From: an uncultured virus (IMG/VR IMGVR_UViG_3300033145_002040)
Taxonomy: Duplodnaviria; Heunggongvirae; Uroviricota; Caudoviricetes
Strand: one strand, 5' to 3'
Virus record (IMG/VR): IMGVR_UViG_3300033145_002040
Length of the DNA stretch: 64,000 nucleotides
The notes beneath the pieces are model-generated. The model was not told where the DNA came from. It saw only the letters and a program-made list of their open reading frames with translations, and searched no databases. The position numbers and the translations under genes are program-made. This document shows, in pieces, positions 19,165 to 29,653 of the stretch (the stretch's first letter is position 1; every line of letters starts with the position of its first letter).

Positions 19165-19406
19165 ACAAATGTTTTCAATGTAACAAATTGGTAAAATGCT
19201 AGTATTCCTTTGATAGACATACTTAACATAATACTACTATTTACTGTACCAGGGATTGTTATAATGATTACAGTAGGGAAGAACAATAAAAAGTAAGTCA
19301 TAAACTTATTCTTTATATCTTCTTGGTTATAATCTTCTAACTCTTCAACCGGTGACATATCTTTTTCTACCATTTTATCTTGAGTTTCTTGCTGCCTCTT
19401 GAGCAT
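19146..19406 (-). CDS. Membrane protein
   Basis: Two TM segments. Confidence 0.6.
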   Translation of the reverse strand: MLKRQQETQDKMVEKDMSPVEELEDYNQEDIKNKFMTYFLLFFPTVIIITIPGTVNSSIMLSMSIKGILAFYQFVTLKTFVDKHYE

Positions 19407-19722
19407 AACATAAACATCTTCTAATAGCTTCTTTTGAATCTATCACTTCTCCTGTTTTTATGTTCTGGTATCCATCATATGCTGGCTGAGATAATGGTTG
19501 CCACTCCATATTCGATAGATCTTTTTTAGCATTAGCTATTTCTATTTGACTATCAGATTCCTCTGGCTCATTAGTTACAGTTTTTGGTCTTCTTGTACTT
19601 TTTTTCTTAGGCACAACGATCTGTTCTTCATGAACTTCTTCAACAGGGCTATCTTCCTCTTCTCCGAGTAGCTCATCGATATTAAAATCTTCTTCTCCAG
19701 TGTTATTTATTTTGTCATTCAT
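19375..19722 (-). CDS. Acidic hypothetical protein
   Basis: GGAGG SD; acidic N-terminus. Confidence 0.7.
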   Translation of the reverse strand: MNDKINNTGEEDFNIDELLGEEEDSPVEEVHEEQIVVPKKKSTRRPKTVTNEPEESDSQIEIANAKKDLSNMEWQPLSQPAYDGYQNIKTGEVIDSKEAIRRCLCYAQEAARNSR

Positions 19723-19815
19723 TTTTTTATTCCTCCTTTCATCACTTTAAGTGGTATATAAGTCACAGACTTATTTAATAATTGTTTTAATATTCATATC
19801 TAATATTCTCTAATA

Positions 19816-20268
19816 TCATATTAAATCATTATCTTTAATCATTTCTTCTGGGTTATTAATAGTATCTTCCTTAGTATCTATAATTCCCATTATACTCAAA
19901 TATGCTTGATACTGTTGGAATGTAGTTACTAGGCTAGATGATAGAAACAAGAACGCTGCTAGGCAATTAGCTCCAGTCATGATTTTAATAAATAAAGAGA
20001 AATCAGTACCAAGGACTGTAACAAACCCCATAATAATTATACCTAATAATATAAATGCCATACTTAGTAATGAAGATTCGAATTGGACTCTTTGCCCAAC
20101 TTTACCCATAGCATCACCTAAAAAATTTGGGAAACAATAGTTACCTTTAGTCTTTTTTATCTCCTTGTTCTTTATAGTTATAGTATCTTTAGAACCAACA
20201 GCATCACCTGTGATTTCTTGGTTATTAGAACCAACCACTTTCTCCACCTCCAGAACTACTTTCTCCAT
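19816..20268 (-). CDS. Membrane protein
   Basis: Two TM helices. Confidence 0.7.
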   Translation of the reverse strand: MEKVVLEVEKVVGSNNQEITGDAVGSKDTITIKNKEIKKTKGNYCFPNFLGDAMGKVGQRVQFESSLLSMAFILLGIIIMGFVTVLGTDFSLFIKIMTGANCLAAFLFLSSSLVTTFQQYQAYLSIMGIIDTKEDTINNPEEMIKDNDLI

Positions 20269-20539
20269 CAGGAAGGAATTGGGCGCCTACAAATCCACCG
20301 ATTACTACTCCTACAAATCCTATTACGCCGCTCCATTTCATAGAATGTGTTATATATGTCATAACTACAAATGTAATGGCACCAAGACAAGATGCCCCTA
20401 TAAGAGAAAAATCCATATTAAGTAGACCTTCTGCTATATTTTTTCTAAATATTGCTGCTGCAAAAAATAAGACAACTAAAATAATCCATAGAATACTACA
20501 ATCAAATCCTTCAAATCCAGCGAAACATCCAAAAGCCAT
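20225..20539 (-). CDS. Membrane protein
   Basis: Three TM helices. Confidence 0.7.
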   Translation of the reverse strand: MAFGCFAGFEGFDCSILWIILVVLFFAAAIFRKNIAEGLLNMDFSLIGASCLGAITFVVMTYITHSMKWSGVIGFVGVVIGGFVGAQFLPDGESSSGGGESGWF

Positions 20540-20540
20540 T

Positions 20541-20780
20541 TTATTCTTCAGCCTCTCTTTTTAATCTTCTTGCCTCAGTATTAGCGGCAGAATCTATAAA
20601 GCCGTTCATACAAAACATTGTCAATACAAACCATACTCCAATGTTAAAAACTATATGCCATGACGTTATTGGTTCAACTACTAAGCTTCTGATGTTAGAT
20701 ACGTGAAGAAAGAATATAAAGAAAAATAAAAAAAATCCATGTACTATTCCGTTTATGTTAAAATAGTCTGAAAATTTCAT
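20541..20780 (-). CDS. Membrane protein
   Basis: Two TM helices. Confidence 0.65.
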   Translation of the reverse strand: MKFSDYFNINGIVHGFFLFFFIFFLHVSNIRSLVVEPITSWHIVFNIGVWFVLTMFCMNGFIDSAANTEARRLKREAEE

Positions 20781-20989
20781 TTTAATTTATCCTCTACTTT
20801 TTTCTTTTTATCATTCTTAAATTTACATGAACCTATATGACTTGTATAGTTAAAGAGTAATTGTTTTTCGCTTAATGAGTAGAAAGGTTTATCACAATAA
20901 GGGCAAGACTTCTCGAAGACCTTTGGTTTATTCTTTTCTATTACTTTGGTATTAACCTCAGTTTGTTCTTTTTCTTTTGTTACCATCAT
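20777..20989 (-). CDS. C2HC/C2H2-type zinc-finger protein (start revised to the ATG just downstream of the promoter)
   Basis: CPYCDKPF...HIGSC; class A promoter at 21021-21054 lies inside the longer tracked ORF. Confidence 0.6.
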   Translation of the reverse strand: MMVTKEKEQTEVNTKVIEKNKPKVFEKSCPYCDKPFYSLSEKQLLFNYTSHIGSCKFKNDKKKKVEDKLK

Positions 20990-21020
20990 ATAGTAGTATA
21001 CTATATCTATACACACTCCC

Positions 21021-21054
21021 TTTATAAATCTTTCGGTACTACTATAGAGTGGTA
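21021..21054 (-). promoter_or_regulatory. Class A promoter: TACTACT-n4-AGTAGTA palindrome + BRE + TATA
   Basis: + strand TTTATAAATCTTTCGG-TACTACT-ATAG-AGTGGTA. Confidence 0.8.
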
Positions 21055-21072
21055 ATTTATTGGTAGATAAAA

Positions 21073-23793
21073 CTAAAGTTTCCAATCTAGATATTTTGTT
21101 GGATCAGTATCTATATATTCTTGGATTAGTTTTTCATTGCCAGAATATTCTATAGACCATATTTTGATAGGCCCAACTATCCCAACTGGATCATAATAAA
21201 AAATGCTATTATCATTAGTCAGTATATTGGGTTCAATATGTGAAATTCTAAATTTTGGAAATTTATTAGCAGGATCATCCAAAAGATATAAATTAGAAAA
21301 CAATGTTTTGGTTACCCTTGGAGATATGTATAGCAATGCCCCGTTCTTATTCATAGCTCCATTACTATCTACTCTAGGTATTATCTTTATAGTGCTATTC
21401 ATTCCTTTCTCTGTATCATAATCTCCATGTTCATTTTGTATATACCTTAATTGGATAGGAGTTAATATCCCATTATTAAAAATTAGTACCTCTGCTTTTT
21501 CAATTGTATTATTAGTTTCAGTAACCAATACGCCATAAAGAGCTGATTGTGATTGAGGGAAAAAGTACTTAGTTCCATTTATTTGATAAGTGATATCTTC
21601 ATCTAGCCCCATCCCACCTTTATAAAAGTAAATAGTAGAATTTGATGTTTCCCGTGTCTGACGTGGATCAAGAATCATTGTAGAAATAGTTGAAAATCTA
21701 TCATAATCTTTATCACTTCCGATACTACTGTATGCACCATATTTCCCTATATCAGTACTGTCTATTAAAAGATAGTCAGCTTCGTGATTATATAAAAACT
21801 CTAACGCGTCTTCTTGGTTGTCTCCGGTTAAAACATACCTACCCATTAAATAATTCCAATAAGTTATTACATTTCCACCATCTGTTACAGTTGCTCTCTC
21901 TCCCATTGCTTGAACCCAATACCCATAATCCCACCAATGGGCAAACACTGAATCAACTGATGTAGTGCACCTAACCCATTCCATAGCATTTTGCCATTGT
22001 ATATTGTAATAACTTGGAACCATATTATATGAATATGATGTAGTTGTTTGATAAAATGTATATCCAGTGAAGACACTAGATATTAATACAATAGCAAGAA
22101 GAAACAATGAAATTATTTTAGATTGTCTTATATTATTTTCGTTTCTACTACTAATAATATCCGTGCTATTAGACTTGTTATAATATATTAATTTAACGAT
22201 AAGATATCCAACAAATATTGGAACTACTGATGCCAAGACCATTGTTAATCTTATTGCTCCACGAACTGTAAACAAGCAAAGAATAAATAGCGACATAAGT
22301 AATATATATTCAAATTTTACCTTTTCGAGCCCATTATTGTTTTCCCTTGTATATCTAATGACATAAGATACTAATAGTGTGAGAAATAGTATTATAGATC
22401 CTATAAATAAAAATTGGCTGATAAAGTTTTGTCCATTGAATATGCTCATAGGTGAAGCTTTGGAAAAAATAATCCCAAATAATAGTAACAGATATGCTAG
22501 AGTTAGTTTAGCTGAATCTTTTTTCTTTAGACCATTAAATGCTTCTTTGAAAAGAACGACTGACCCTGATAAGAACAATGTAAGCATTATAGGAATATTA
22601 CAAAAAAATGGTCCGAAATTTTCAATCCATTCATTCAAAAAAGGCGCTCTATTTTCAGCTACTGTCGTATTCCATCTACCTGTAATTGGGTTGAATAAAA
22701 GCTCGTATATTGTTTGAATCTTATTATATATAAATTGAGGTCTAAGCATAATCAAAGATATTGGTATTAATAAAGTTAAAGAAATTATTATTGAAAGAAT
22801 ATTTTTTGGGCATATGGTATTCAATTTATTAATAAAACTAATTTGGGATATTTTGGTATTCCATAATATTAAATGAATAGTTAATATAAACCATAGCAAG
22901 ATACATGTACTAGTATATGATAATGACAATAGACTTCCTAATGTAAACCAGCTAGAGAATAGAATCATTGTAATACAGGTTGTGAACATCCAAGAAGTAT
23001 ATGTTGCATAAGATACTTTATTTATTTTATTAAATAGGAATGCTAATAATACTGTAAGAAAAATTACTCCAAAGATATATACTGCTCCTCCCCATACAAA
23101 TCTCATGAGGGATGTAGCTATACCAGAAAGTATTCCGAAAAATATAGAACTTTTTATATCTTTCGATTTAATGGATTTTAAGAATAGATAAAATGATAAA
23201 AACATAAACAGAAAACCTACAGATTCTTTTTCTGGGATACCTGCAACAGTTCTTTGTAACAGTGCTGGAGTTACTACAAAAAAGAAAGTAGATATAGATG
23301 CAATTATGTTTGCTTTTGTTTTTCCATTAAAAGTAAATATTTCTCTAGTGAATAGGAAAAACACTAGAATAGTTAACCCGAACATTATCACTGGGAATAG
23401 TGCGCCTGCAAATTCCATATTAAAATTTCCAAATAAGTTGACAGCTTTATACATCCCGTAAATCATATACGGCAAGAGTATTGTTTCTCTAGAGTTGTCT
23501 ACACCTAGTGGAACGTTTCTAAGAGTGTCTACGGCAGGTAGTTCATTATTATCAGCTATTATTTTAGCGTTCTTAACGAATGACCAAGGGTCTAAGTCTG
23601 GACCTAATGTCCAATCATTTGTAGCATAGTTCCATAACCCAGGCAATCCATTATGATCAGTCATGGGGAGAGCTCTTATATAGACACCTAAAATGATTAA
23701 TAATATAAGAATTATCGGGAATATAACCTTTGTGCTTCTAAGGAGAGCTAATGCTTTGGCATTCCTGTTGTCTATACTATTGTTATTCTCCAT
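21073..23793 (-). CDS. aglB: Oligosaccharyltransferase STT3/AglB
   Basis: WWDYG motif, downstream DIGK, N-terminal GPDLDP, EKE, ~13 TM helices. Confidence 0.93.
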   Translation of the reverse strand: MENNNSIDNRNAKALALLRSTKVIFPIILILLIILGVYIRALPMTDHNGLPGLWNYATNDWTLGPDLDPWSFVKNAKIIADNNELPAVDTLRNVPLGVDNSRETILLPYMIYGMYKAVNLFGNFNMEFAGALFPVIMFGLTILVFFLFTREIFTFNGKTKANIIASISTFFFVVTPALLQRTVAGIPEKESVGFLFMFLSFYLFLKSIKSKDIKSSIFFGILSGIATSLMRFVWGGAVYIFGVIFLTVLLAFLFNKINKVSYATYTSWMFTTCITMILFSSWFTLGSLLSLSYTSTCILLWFILTIHLILWNTKISQISFINKLNTICPKNILSIIISLTLLIPISLIMLRPQFIYNKIQTIYELLFNPITGRWNTTVAENRAPFLNEWIENFGPFFCNIPIMLTLFLSGSVVLFKEAFNGLKKKDSAKLTLAYLLLLFGIIFSKASPMSIFNGQNFISQFLFIGSIILFLTLLVSYVIRYTRENNNGLEKVKFEYILLMSLFILCLFTVRGAIRLTMVLASVVPIFVGYLIVKLIYYNKSNSTDIISSRNENNIRQSKIISLFLLAIVLISSVFTGYTFYQTTTSYSYNMVPSYYNIQWQNAMEWVRCTTSVDSVFAHWWDYGYWVQAMGERATVTDGGNVITYWNYLMGRYVLTGDNQEDALEFLYNHEADYLLIDSTDIGKYGAYSSIGSDKDYDRFSTISTMILDPRQTRETSNSTIYFYKGGMGLDEDITYQINGTKYFFPQSQSALYGVLVTETNNTIEKAEVLIFNNGILTPIQLRYIQNEHGDYDTEKGMNSTIKIIPRVDSNGAMNKNGALLYISPRVTKTLFSNLYLLDDPANKFPKFRISHIEPNILTNDNSIFYYDPVGIVGPIKIWSIEYSGNEKLIQEYIDTDPTKYLDWKL

Positions 23794-23840
23794 GTTCTAT
23801 TATATAATTTAAAAATAAAAAAATAAAAATTTATTAAGGT

Positions 23841-24164
23841 TTATTCCTTAGATACTTTATCAGATTTTGCAATCTTCTCCTGTAGCTCACGTTCGATAGT
23901 CGAGTCTAAAGATTGTATATCAATTTTACTATGCTTAGTCATCTTTGCGAATCTTGAGAATTCCTCAGATAAGTTAATCTCATCTTTCTCTGCTATTTGT
24001 CTAATCTTTCCGGCAACATACATATTAGACAGATCTTGCCTATATGTTTTACTCTTAGATGGACCGAATATACTAGCTAATACTAATGCTGAAAAAGCGA
24101 ATCCTACAAAAACAATAATGGGATACATAATTATAGCCTCATTACTTATTAATTCAACAGTCAT
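23841..24164 (-). CDS. Membrane-anchored hypothetical protein
   Basis: N-terminal TM; GGAGG SD. Confidence 0.7.
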   Translation of the reverse strand: MTVELISNEAIIMYPIIVFVGFAFSALVLASIFGPSKSKTYRQDLSNMYVAGKIRQIAEKDEINLSEEFSRFAKMTKHSKIDIQSLDSTIERELQEKIAKSDKVSKE

Positions 24165-24224
24165 TTTTTAAAAACCTCCTTTTCATTATATGATTCTAAC
24201 ATACTCTCTCTATAGCGGTAAGGG

Positions 24225-24258
24225 TATATAAAGCTTTCGGTACTACTATCAAGTAGTC
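24225..24258 (-). promoter_or_regulatory. Class A promoter
   Basis: TATATAAAGCTTTCGG-TACTACT-ATCA-AGTAGTC. Confidence 0.8.
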
Positions 24259-24263
24259 CTATA

Positions 24264-25145
24264 TCACTTAGTGGATCCAGGAGTTTCCCAACCATCTCCG
24301 TAGTGGTTATCTCTAATATTAATGTCAGTTTTTACTTTAGCCCACATATATCCCCTCGCTAAGATTAATTGCATTGTCCAACATAATTCTTTTAAATTAT
24401 TCTGATCTTTTAAGACTCCTAATAATCCCTTTGCTTCAGTAGTTAAAGATTTAACTCTTTTAGTCTTTTTCGTATCCATATATTTATCGATACTTTCATG
24501 TCCCTTACTAGTCCTTGTCTTTTGTAATAGCCAATCATTAAAGTTATCCACGTTCTTAACATAAACTTTTGCTTTTTCTACATATCCTATTCTATATCCT
24601 TTATCAATAAAGCAGTATGGGATATATGTATCTTCAGCTACATCTAAAGGTATATTTTTAATATGACCTCCTCTGAAAGCAAATAGATATCCAGAGCATT
24701 CTATAAACCCACTATTCAAGGATGCATTCTTCCTTATCCTATGTGCTGCATTAAATAATACATTAGCCCAATGTCCATATTTAGTATTTCTGCTTTCTAT
24801 AGGGACAGGACGCCCGGTCACACAACCGATGCTATCATCTGAGAAGCTATTTACTATTTCTTCAACCGCTACGTCATTTATATAAACATCGCCGTCTGTA
24901 AATATTAAAATATCTGATTTGATATTATCAAATACTTTATTTAAGGCAAAGCTTTTCCCCCTCCCTGGATCTTTAAATGGAATAGCCCCTAATGATTCTG
25001 CTAATTGTAAATCTTTATCTTCAGGGGTTACTACTATCACATCATATTTATATCTAGTCTTTTGGTTTAAGGATGCCTTTATAGCTCTGCCTAATGTTTC
25101 TTCTTTAAATGATGTTATAATTAAAGATACTGATGGGTCAATCAT
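24264..25145 (-). CDS. GT2-family glycosyltransferase
   Basis: VSLIITSFKE, GKSFALN, IFTDGD, AED motifs. Confidence 0.88.
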   Translation of the reverse strand: MIDPSVSLIITSFKEETLGRAIKASLNQKTRYKYDVIVVTPEDKDLQLAESLGAIPFKDPGRGKSFALNKVFDNIKSDILIFTDGDVYINDVAVEEIVNSFSDDSIGCVTGRPVPIESRNTKYGHWANVLFNAAHRIRKNASLNSGFIECSGYLFAFRGGHIKNIPLDVAEDTYIPYCFIDKGYRIGYVEKAKVYVKNVDNFNDWLLQKTRTSKGHESIDKYMDTKKTKRVKSLTTEAKGLLGVLKDQNNLKELCWTMQLILARGYMWAKVKTDINIRDNHYGDGWETPGSTK

Positions 25146-25507
25146 GCTGATGTGTGGTCCTTCTTTATATTCTTAAACCCGCCGACTATACCCATTATTC
25201 TATTCTGCTCTTCTACTCTTTTATTATTAATATTTCTTATTTGGATAGCTGTCTTACCAACATCTTTTAACGACATCTTCCCTTCCTTCCCTTGCCGCAA
25301 ACCTGATTCAAGTTTCCAGATCTCTCCGTTTATTCTATAAAGTTCTCTTACGCTTTTTATTATTTCTTCAAATTTATCTATTGGAGTATTTAATATTAAC
25401 TCTTCAGATAACTTAACGAACTCAGGGTATGATTCTTCTCCTATCTTCTGAGCCTTGTGTAATTGTATACTCAACTTATCTAAAAATTCTCCTGTTGTCA
25501 TTTCCAT
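25142..25507 (-). CDS. Hypothetical protein (DUF6165-like) in the glycan cluster
   Basis: GEFLDKLSI ... INGEIWKLE ... N-x-K-R pattern. Confidence 0.6.
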   Translation of the reverse strand: MEMTTGEFLDKLSIQLHKAQKIGEESYPEFVKLSEELILNTPIDKFEEIIKSVRELYRINGEIWKLESGLRQGKEGKMSLKDVGKTAIQIRNINNKRVEEQNRIMGIVGGFKNIKKDHTSA

Positions 25508-25508
25508 T

Positions 25509-26300
25509 TTATTCTAATGCCTCCTTTTTTGTACATAAAATATTCCCTTCATCTAATCTATCAATTTTATATTTATTTTTAAGAAGAAGTTTTTTAATAT
25601 CGCTGAAGTCTCCCCTATCCTCTGGTACTTCTATGACCATTTTTTTACAATTATATAATAGATTACTACCGCCAATTAATGCTCCAAGTTCTGCCCCTTC
25701 AATATCCATTTTCATAAAAGTTATATTTTCAGTTATTTCTTTATCTAAAGTTGTACCTTCAACTACAACTTTAACTTCATTGTTAGAATTGTTTCTGGTA
25801 TCTTTTATGATACTGCTAGATCCTTTATCTTTTTTATTAACATAAAATTTAATATCTCCCTCTTTATCAGATAATGCTTTATTAATTAAGATAACATTAT
25901 CACAGCCATTCTCTTTAACATTTTTTTTAAGTATATCGAAACATTTTTTTCCCGGTTCAAAAGAATACACTTTGCCATTAGGACCAACAGCCTTTGACAA
26001 TAAAATAGTATAATAGCCTATATTGGCTCCAGCATCTATAACGGTGTCTCCTTTATTAATTAGGTGTTTAATGATGTTTGTTTCTATCGGCTCGTATTCT
26101 TTGGACATAAGAAGGCTATCCGATAAAAAATCCTTTCCTTCATGAATATATAATTTAAACCCCTCAACATATATATGGTTCGGCTTATTAGGAATGAATA
26201 GTCTATTGTATACCAATTTTCCTATCTTAGTATTACTTAATCCTCTTCCCTTAAATGGTTTTAACATCCCATTGACTGCCGTAAATAATATCTTTCTCAT
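25509..26300 (-). CDS. FkbM-family methyltransferase
   Basis: DAGANIGYYT, SFEP, KMDIEGAE. Confidence 0.9.
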   Translation of the reverse strand: MRKILFTAVNGMLKPFKGRGLSNTKIGKLVYNRLFIPNKPNHIYVEGFKLYIHEGKDFLSDSLLMSKEYEPIETNIIKHLINKGDTVIDAGANIGYYTILLSKAVGPNGKVYSFEPGKKCFDILKKNVKENGCDNVILINKALSDKEGDIKFYVNKKDKGSSSIIKDTRNNSNNEVKVVVEGTTLDKEITENITFMKMDIEGAELGALIGGSNLLYNCKKMVIEVPEDRGDFSDIKKLLLKNKYKIDRLDEGNILCTKKEALE

Positions 26301-27121
26301 CTTAAGTTGTTATCTTTATAGAACTTAATTGTTTTTTTAATTCCTTCATGAAGTTTTGTTTTAGGGTTGTATCCCAATTTCTTAATAGCAGATACATCTA
26401 CACGTACTTTTTGAGGCTGTTCTAGCTCCACCAGTTTAAAAGAAATTTTACTTTTACTATTTGTTTCTTTAATTATAAATTCAGCTAGTTCTTTAAGATT
26501 GGATTCTTCATTCCCAGAAATATTATATTCATTATTCGGGTTGCTACCTAGTGAGAACATCATGCCATCAACAAAGTCATTTATATATGTAAAATCTAGA
26601 GTCTTTTTGTCATCTCCATAGATAATTAAATCCTTTCCATTTAATGCATTCCTAATCCATATATCTACTAGTCTATGTGTCACGTCATTGAATGGTCCAT
26701 AAACAGTACTCGGTCTTATTATAATATATTCAATATTATAGCATTTATAATATGCCTTACAGAGTTCTTCTAAGTATATTTTTGATGCTGTATACGGGTT
26801 CCTTTCTTCACTCAAAACTCTCGAGCTTGAAAAAGCAACTATTCTCTTTATATTATTTTTACGACAGAATTCTAATGTTTCATGTACACCTAATACATTC
26901 TCTAAACACCATTCAGGATCAGAAATACATTTATTAATTTTGCATCTAGAAGCTAAATGAAATAGTATATCAGCATTACACTTTTCCCCATACATATCAT
27001 AAAGAATATCCTTGCCTTCTCTTATATCTATTTTAAAAACGCACTTATTGCCTTCATCCTCTAACCTCTTTTTTAGAGATGAACCAATAAGTCCTAAGTG
27101 CCCAGTAATCGCAAATTTCAT
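26297..27121 (-). CDS. NAD-dependent epimerase/dehydratase
   Basis: TGHLGLIG, YTASK, RPSTVYGP, LDFTYIND. Confidence 0.9.
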   Translation of the reverse strand: MKFAITGHLGLIGSSLKKRLEDEGNKCVFKIDIREGKDILYDMYGEKCNADILFHLASRCKINKCISDPEWCLENVLGVHETLEFCRKNNIKRIVAFSSSRVLSEERNPYTASKIYLEELCKAYYKCYNIEYIIIRPSTVYGPFNDVTHRLVDIWIRNALNGKDLIIYGDDKKTLDFTYINDFVDGMMFSLGSNPNNEYNISGNEESNLKELAEFIIKETNSKSKISFKLVELEQPQKVRVDVSAIKKLGYNPKTKLHEGIKKTIKFYKDNNLR

Positions 27122-27146
27122 AACTTATACTCTATACATACTACTC

Positions 27147-27180
27147 TTTATAAATCTTTTGGTATTACTTTTAAGTAGTA
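27147..27180 (-). promoter_or_regulatory. Class A promoter (probably leaderless transcript)
   Basis: TTTATAAATCTTTTGG-TATTACT-TTTA-AGTAGTA, 26 bp from ATG 27121. Confidence 0.8.
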
Positions 27181-27228
27181 ACTTAAAGTGATTAATTATT
27201 ATGAAATAATATCTACTACTATTAAGTA

Positions 27229-27903
27229 CTAACATAGAACATCAGTTTTATATTTTCTGCCCTTAATAACAACCATCCTAGTGAACATGCTAGGCCAAAT
27301 ATTAGATAACTTAGTAAGTGTACTATTAAATATTTTAGGGGACCTATAGGAATTCCATCCATAATAAATTTTTTCTATTTCTAGATAATTGCTAAATAAC
27401 TTTTTTATATCTTTTACCCTAGGTAGATGTATATGAAGGTGCTTATTAACAATTTGAAACGGTTCCTTCATCTGGTCTTTTATCCCGAATAAATACTGCA
27501 GTCTAAGCCAAAAATTGTATTCATTGGGCATAGATAAGAATATCATAGCATCATCTTTAGATATTCTTAATATTTCATCTATAGTTCTTCCAGGAGACTG
27601 AAGATGTTCTAATGTTTCTAAGCAAAGAACTATATCGAATAGATTATCTTTAACTGGGATATGACCTGTCCCATCAATACCTTTGTCTAAATCTAAAACT
27701 ATATTATGTTTAACATTACTTGTATGATCTAAAGATATATATGTTATGTTATTAGATAAAAACTTCTTTATATCTTTTACACCAGCACCTATGTCTAATA
27801 GATTATATTTTCTATTAGAGGAGAGACTTTGTATCTCCTGTATAGGTAATATATATTGCGCTGGTATATTTTTTATTGCTTCTTTGTTATTTTCTTTAGC
27901 CAT
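27229..27903 (-). CDS. Class I SAM-dependent methyltransferase
   Basis: LLDIGAG, FDIVLCLETLEHL, LSMPN. Confidence 0.85.
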   Translation of the reverse strand: MAKENNKEAIKNIPAQYILPIQEIQSLSSNRKYNLLDIGAGVKDIKKFLSNNITYISLDHTSNVKHNIVLDLDKGIDGTGHIPVKDNLFDIVLCLETLEHLQSPGRTIDEILRISKDDAMIFLSMPNEYNFWLRLQYLFGIKDQMKEPFQIVNKHLHIHLPRVKDIKKLFSNYLEIEKIYYGWNSYRSPKIFNSTLTKLSNIWPSMFTRMVVIKGRKYKTDVLC

Positions 27904-29366
27904 TTTGGTAATTTTGAATGTAGTTTTATTAATAATAGTTTTAGTCTACCAGTGTTCCTTAAGTGGTTAATGATAGTAGGATATTTTGAAGTATTAGATC
28001 CAGCAACTTCTGTATACTTATAAGGATATTGTATCCATTCTCCTTTTTTTCTAAACTCTAAAGCCTTAAGATGGTTCCCCCCTTGAGACGGATCTCTATA
28101 AAGTGGGATATTATATTTAGTAGCTATATTAGTTAAGATTGATTGGTCATGTCTGTGTTCTTTATAAGCTGCATATTCTTCATGCTCACCAGAGTTGCTT
28201 GGTGTATCATCTATAAGTCCATCAACGCAACAATAATATAGCCATTCTTTAACAAACTTTCTGGTCTTATATGTATTCACATATACCTGAAATCCAGCAG
28301 ATACCTGTGGAGCATATAAATATTTATCAGAGTTACATCCCATGTTATCTAAACATTTTCTCTTATTCCACTTTATATTAGGTTCATTATTGGTGAAGAG
28401 TAATGCTTTCTCTTTTAATGCAATTTTTAATAATGATTTAGGACTATTAATAAATACTGCCCCTGAGTCAGAGTAAATAAGTATATCTCCTTCATTAAGA
28501 TTATTCATTGTCTTATAAATAAAGAACGGTTTCCATAGCCAATATCCAGCGCCTCTAGGCTGATCTAATATGTTTTTATAATTACTATAAAACTTTGTTC
28601 TTTTTAGGTTTTGATCAGTATATGATATTATATTCTTTATGCCATACGCTTTAGCTGATTCATTTAGACGCTTCTGGTTCTTAACAAATTTCTTATTAGC
28701 ATAACTCATTAAATATACTTTTGGTTTAGATTTTTTTCCCATTGGTCTAGCTATAATTAACAGACTTCCTTTTATCTCTTTATTAAATGTTTTATTAATA
28801 CTTCTTTTAATCTTATTCTTAGATGTAGTCTCTAAGGCAGCTGCATCGAATTTCTTAATAGATGCAACATTAAATCCTTCACGCTCTAGGAGTGTTCTAA
28901 TAGTTGTAGGTGAGAACCAATTAGTATGTTCATCGTTGACTATAGGATCATCGTTTATCTTAATCATACATTCCATCATCCTAGGCATATAAAAAGTATT
29001 TGGTGTAGTTAAAATAAGTAGTCCACCATGTTTCAGATGTTTCTTGGACTGATTTAAAAATAACCCGGGATTACTAAGGTGTTCTATTAATTCTCCAGCG
29101 AACACAACATCAAATTTCGTACCTAACTCAAATGTTTCTGCATTAGCAACTTCCATATTATAACCTTGTTTTCTTAATGTTTCTACGCTATCCTTTAAAA
29201 TATCAATTCCTAGAACATTGCAATTGTCATTTAAAAAGTTATGAACCCAAAATGGGTTTTTAGATTTAGCCTGTACATTATGTCCAATACATCCAATATC
29301 TAAAACTTTCTTATTCTTAATTAATGGATATATCTCCTTAAACAATTCGCTTTTATCTTTATTCAT
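27873..29366 (-). CDS. Class I methyltransferase fused to a GT-A-like glycosyltransferase domain
   Basis: VLDIGC...ELIEHL...TTPN; RGAGYWLWKP, YSDSG, HRHDQSIL. Confidence 0.82.
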   Translation of the reverse strand: MNKDKSELFKEIYPLIKNKKVLDIGCIGHNVQAKSKNPFWVHNFLNDNCNVLGIDILKDSVETLRKQGYNMEVANAETFELGTKFDVVFAGELIEHLSNPGLFLNQSKKHLKHGGLLILTTPNTFYMPRMMECMIKINDDPIVNDEHTNWFSPTTIRTLLEREGFNVASIKKFDAAALETTSKNKIKRSINKTFNKEIKGSLLIIARPMGKKSKPKVYLMSYANKKFVKNQKRLNESAKAYGIKNIISYTDQNLKRTKFYSNYKNILDQPRGAGYWLWKPFFIYKTMNNLNEGDILIYSDSGAVFINSPKSLLKIALKEKALLFTNNEPNIKWNKRKCLDNMGCNSDKYLYAPQVSAGFQVYVNTYKTRKFVKEWLYYCCVDGLIDDTPSNSGEHEEYAAYKEHRHDQSILTNIATKYNIPLYRDPSQGGNHLKALEFRKKGEWIQYPYKYTEVAGSNTSKYPTIINHLRNTGRLKLLLIKLHSKLPKWLKKITKKQ

Positions 29367-29653
29367 TTTAACTTCTTCTTGTTCTTTTCTTTATATTTAG
29401 TTCTTATTTGTGCTGGAGTCTTCCCCATAGACCAATCGAAACATTCCATACAAACATCTATAGCTCTCTTTTGTGTAAGTTGGATTTTAAAATGAATTTT
29501 AATTTCAGCTCCACACATTTTACAATAGTTCACTTCTTTAGTCCCTTTATTTTTGTTTATTATTTTTGACTTGGGTTTGTTTCTCGCAGTAGCTTTTTTA
29601 GATTTATCTATCATTATAAAATATTCCTCCATCTTTGTCGTAAACATATCCAC
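29363..29653 (-). CDS. Small Zn-binding basic protein
   Basis: CKMC...CMEC. Confidence 0.55.
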   Translation of the reverse strand: MDMFTTKMEEYFIMIDKSKKATARNKPKSKIINKNKGTKEVNYCKMCGAEIKIHFKIQLTQKRAIDVCMECFDWSMGKTPAQIRTKYKEKNKKKLK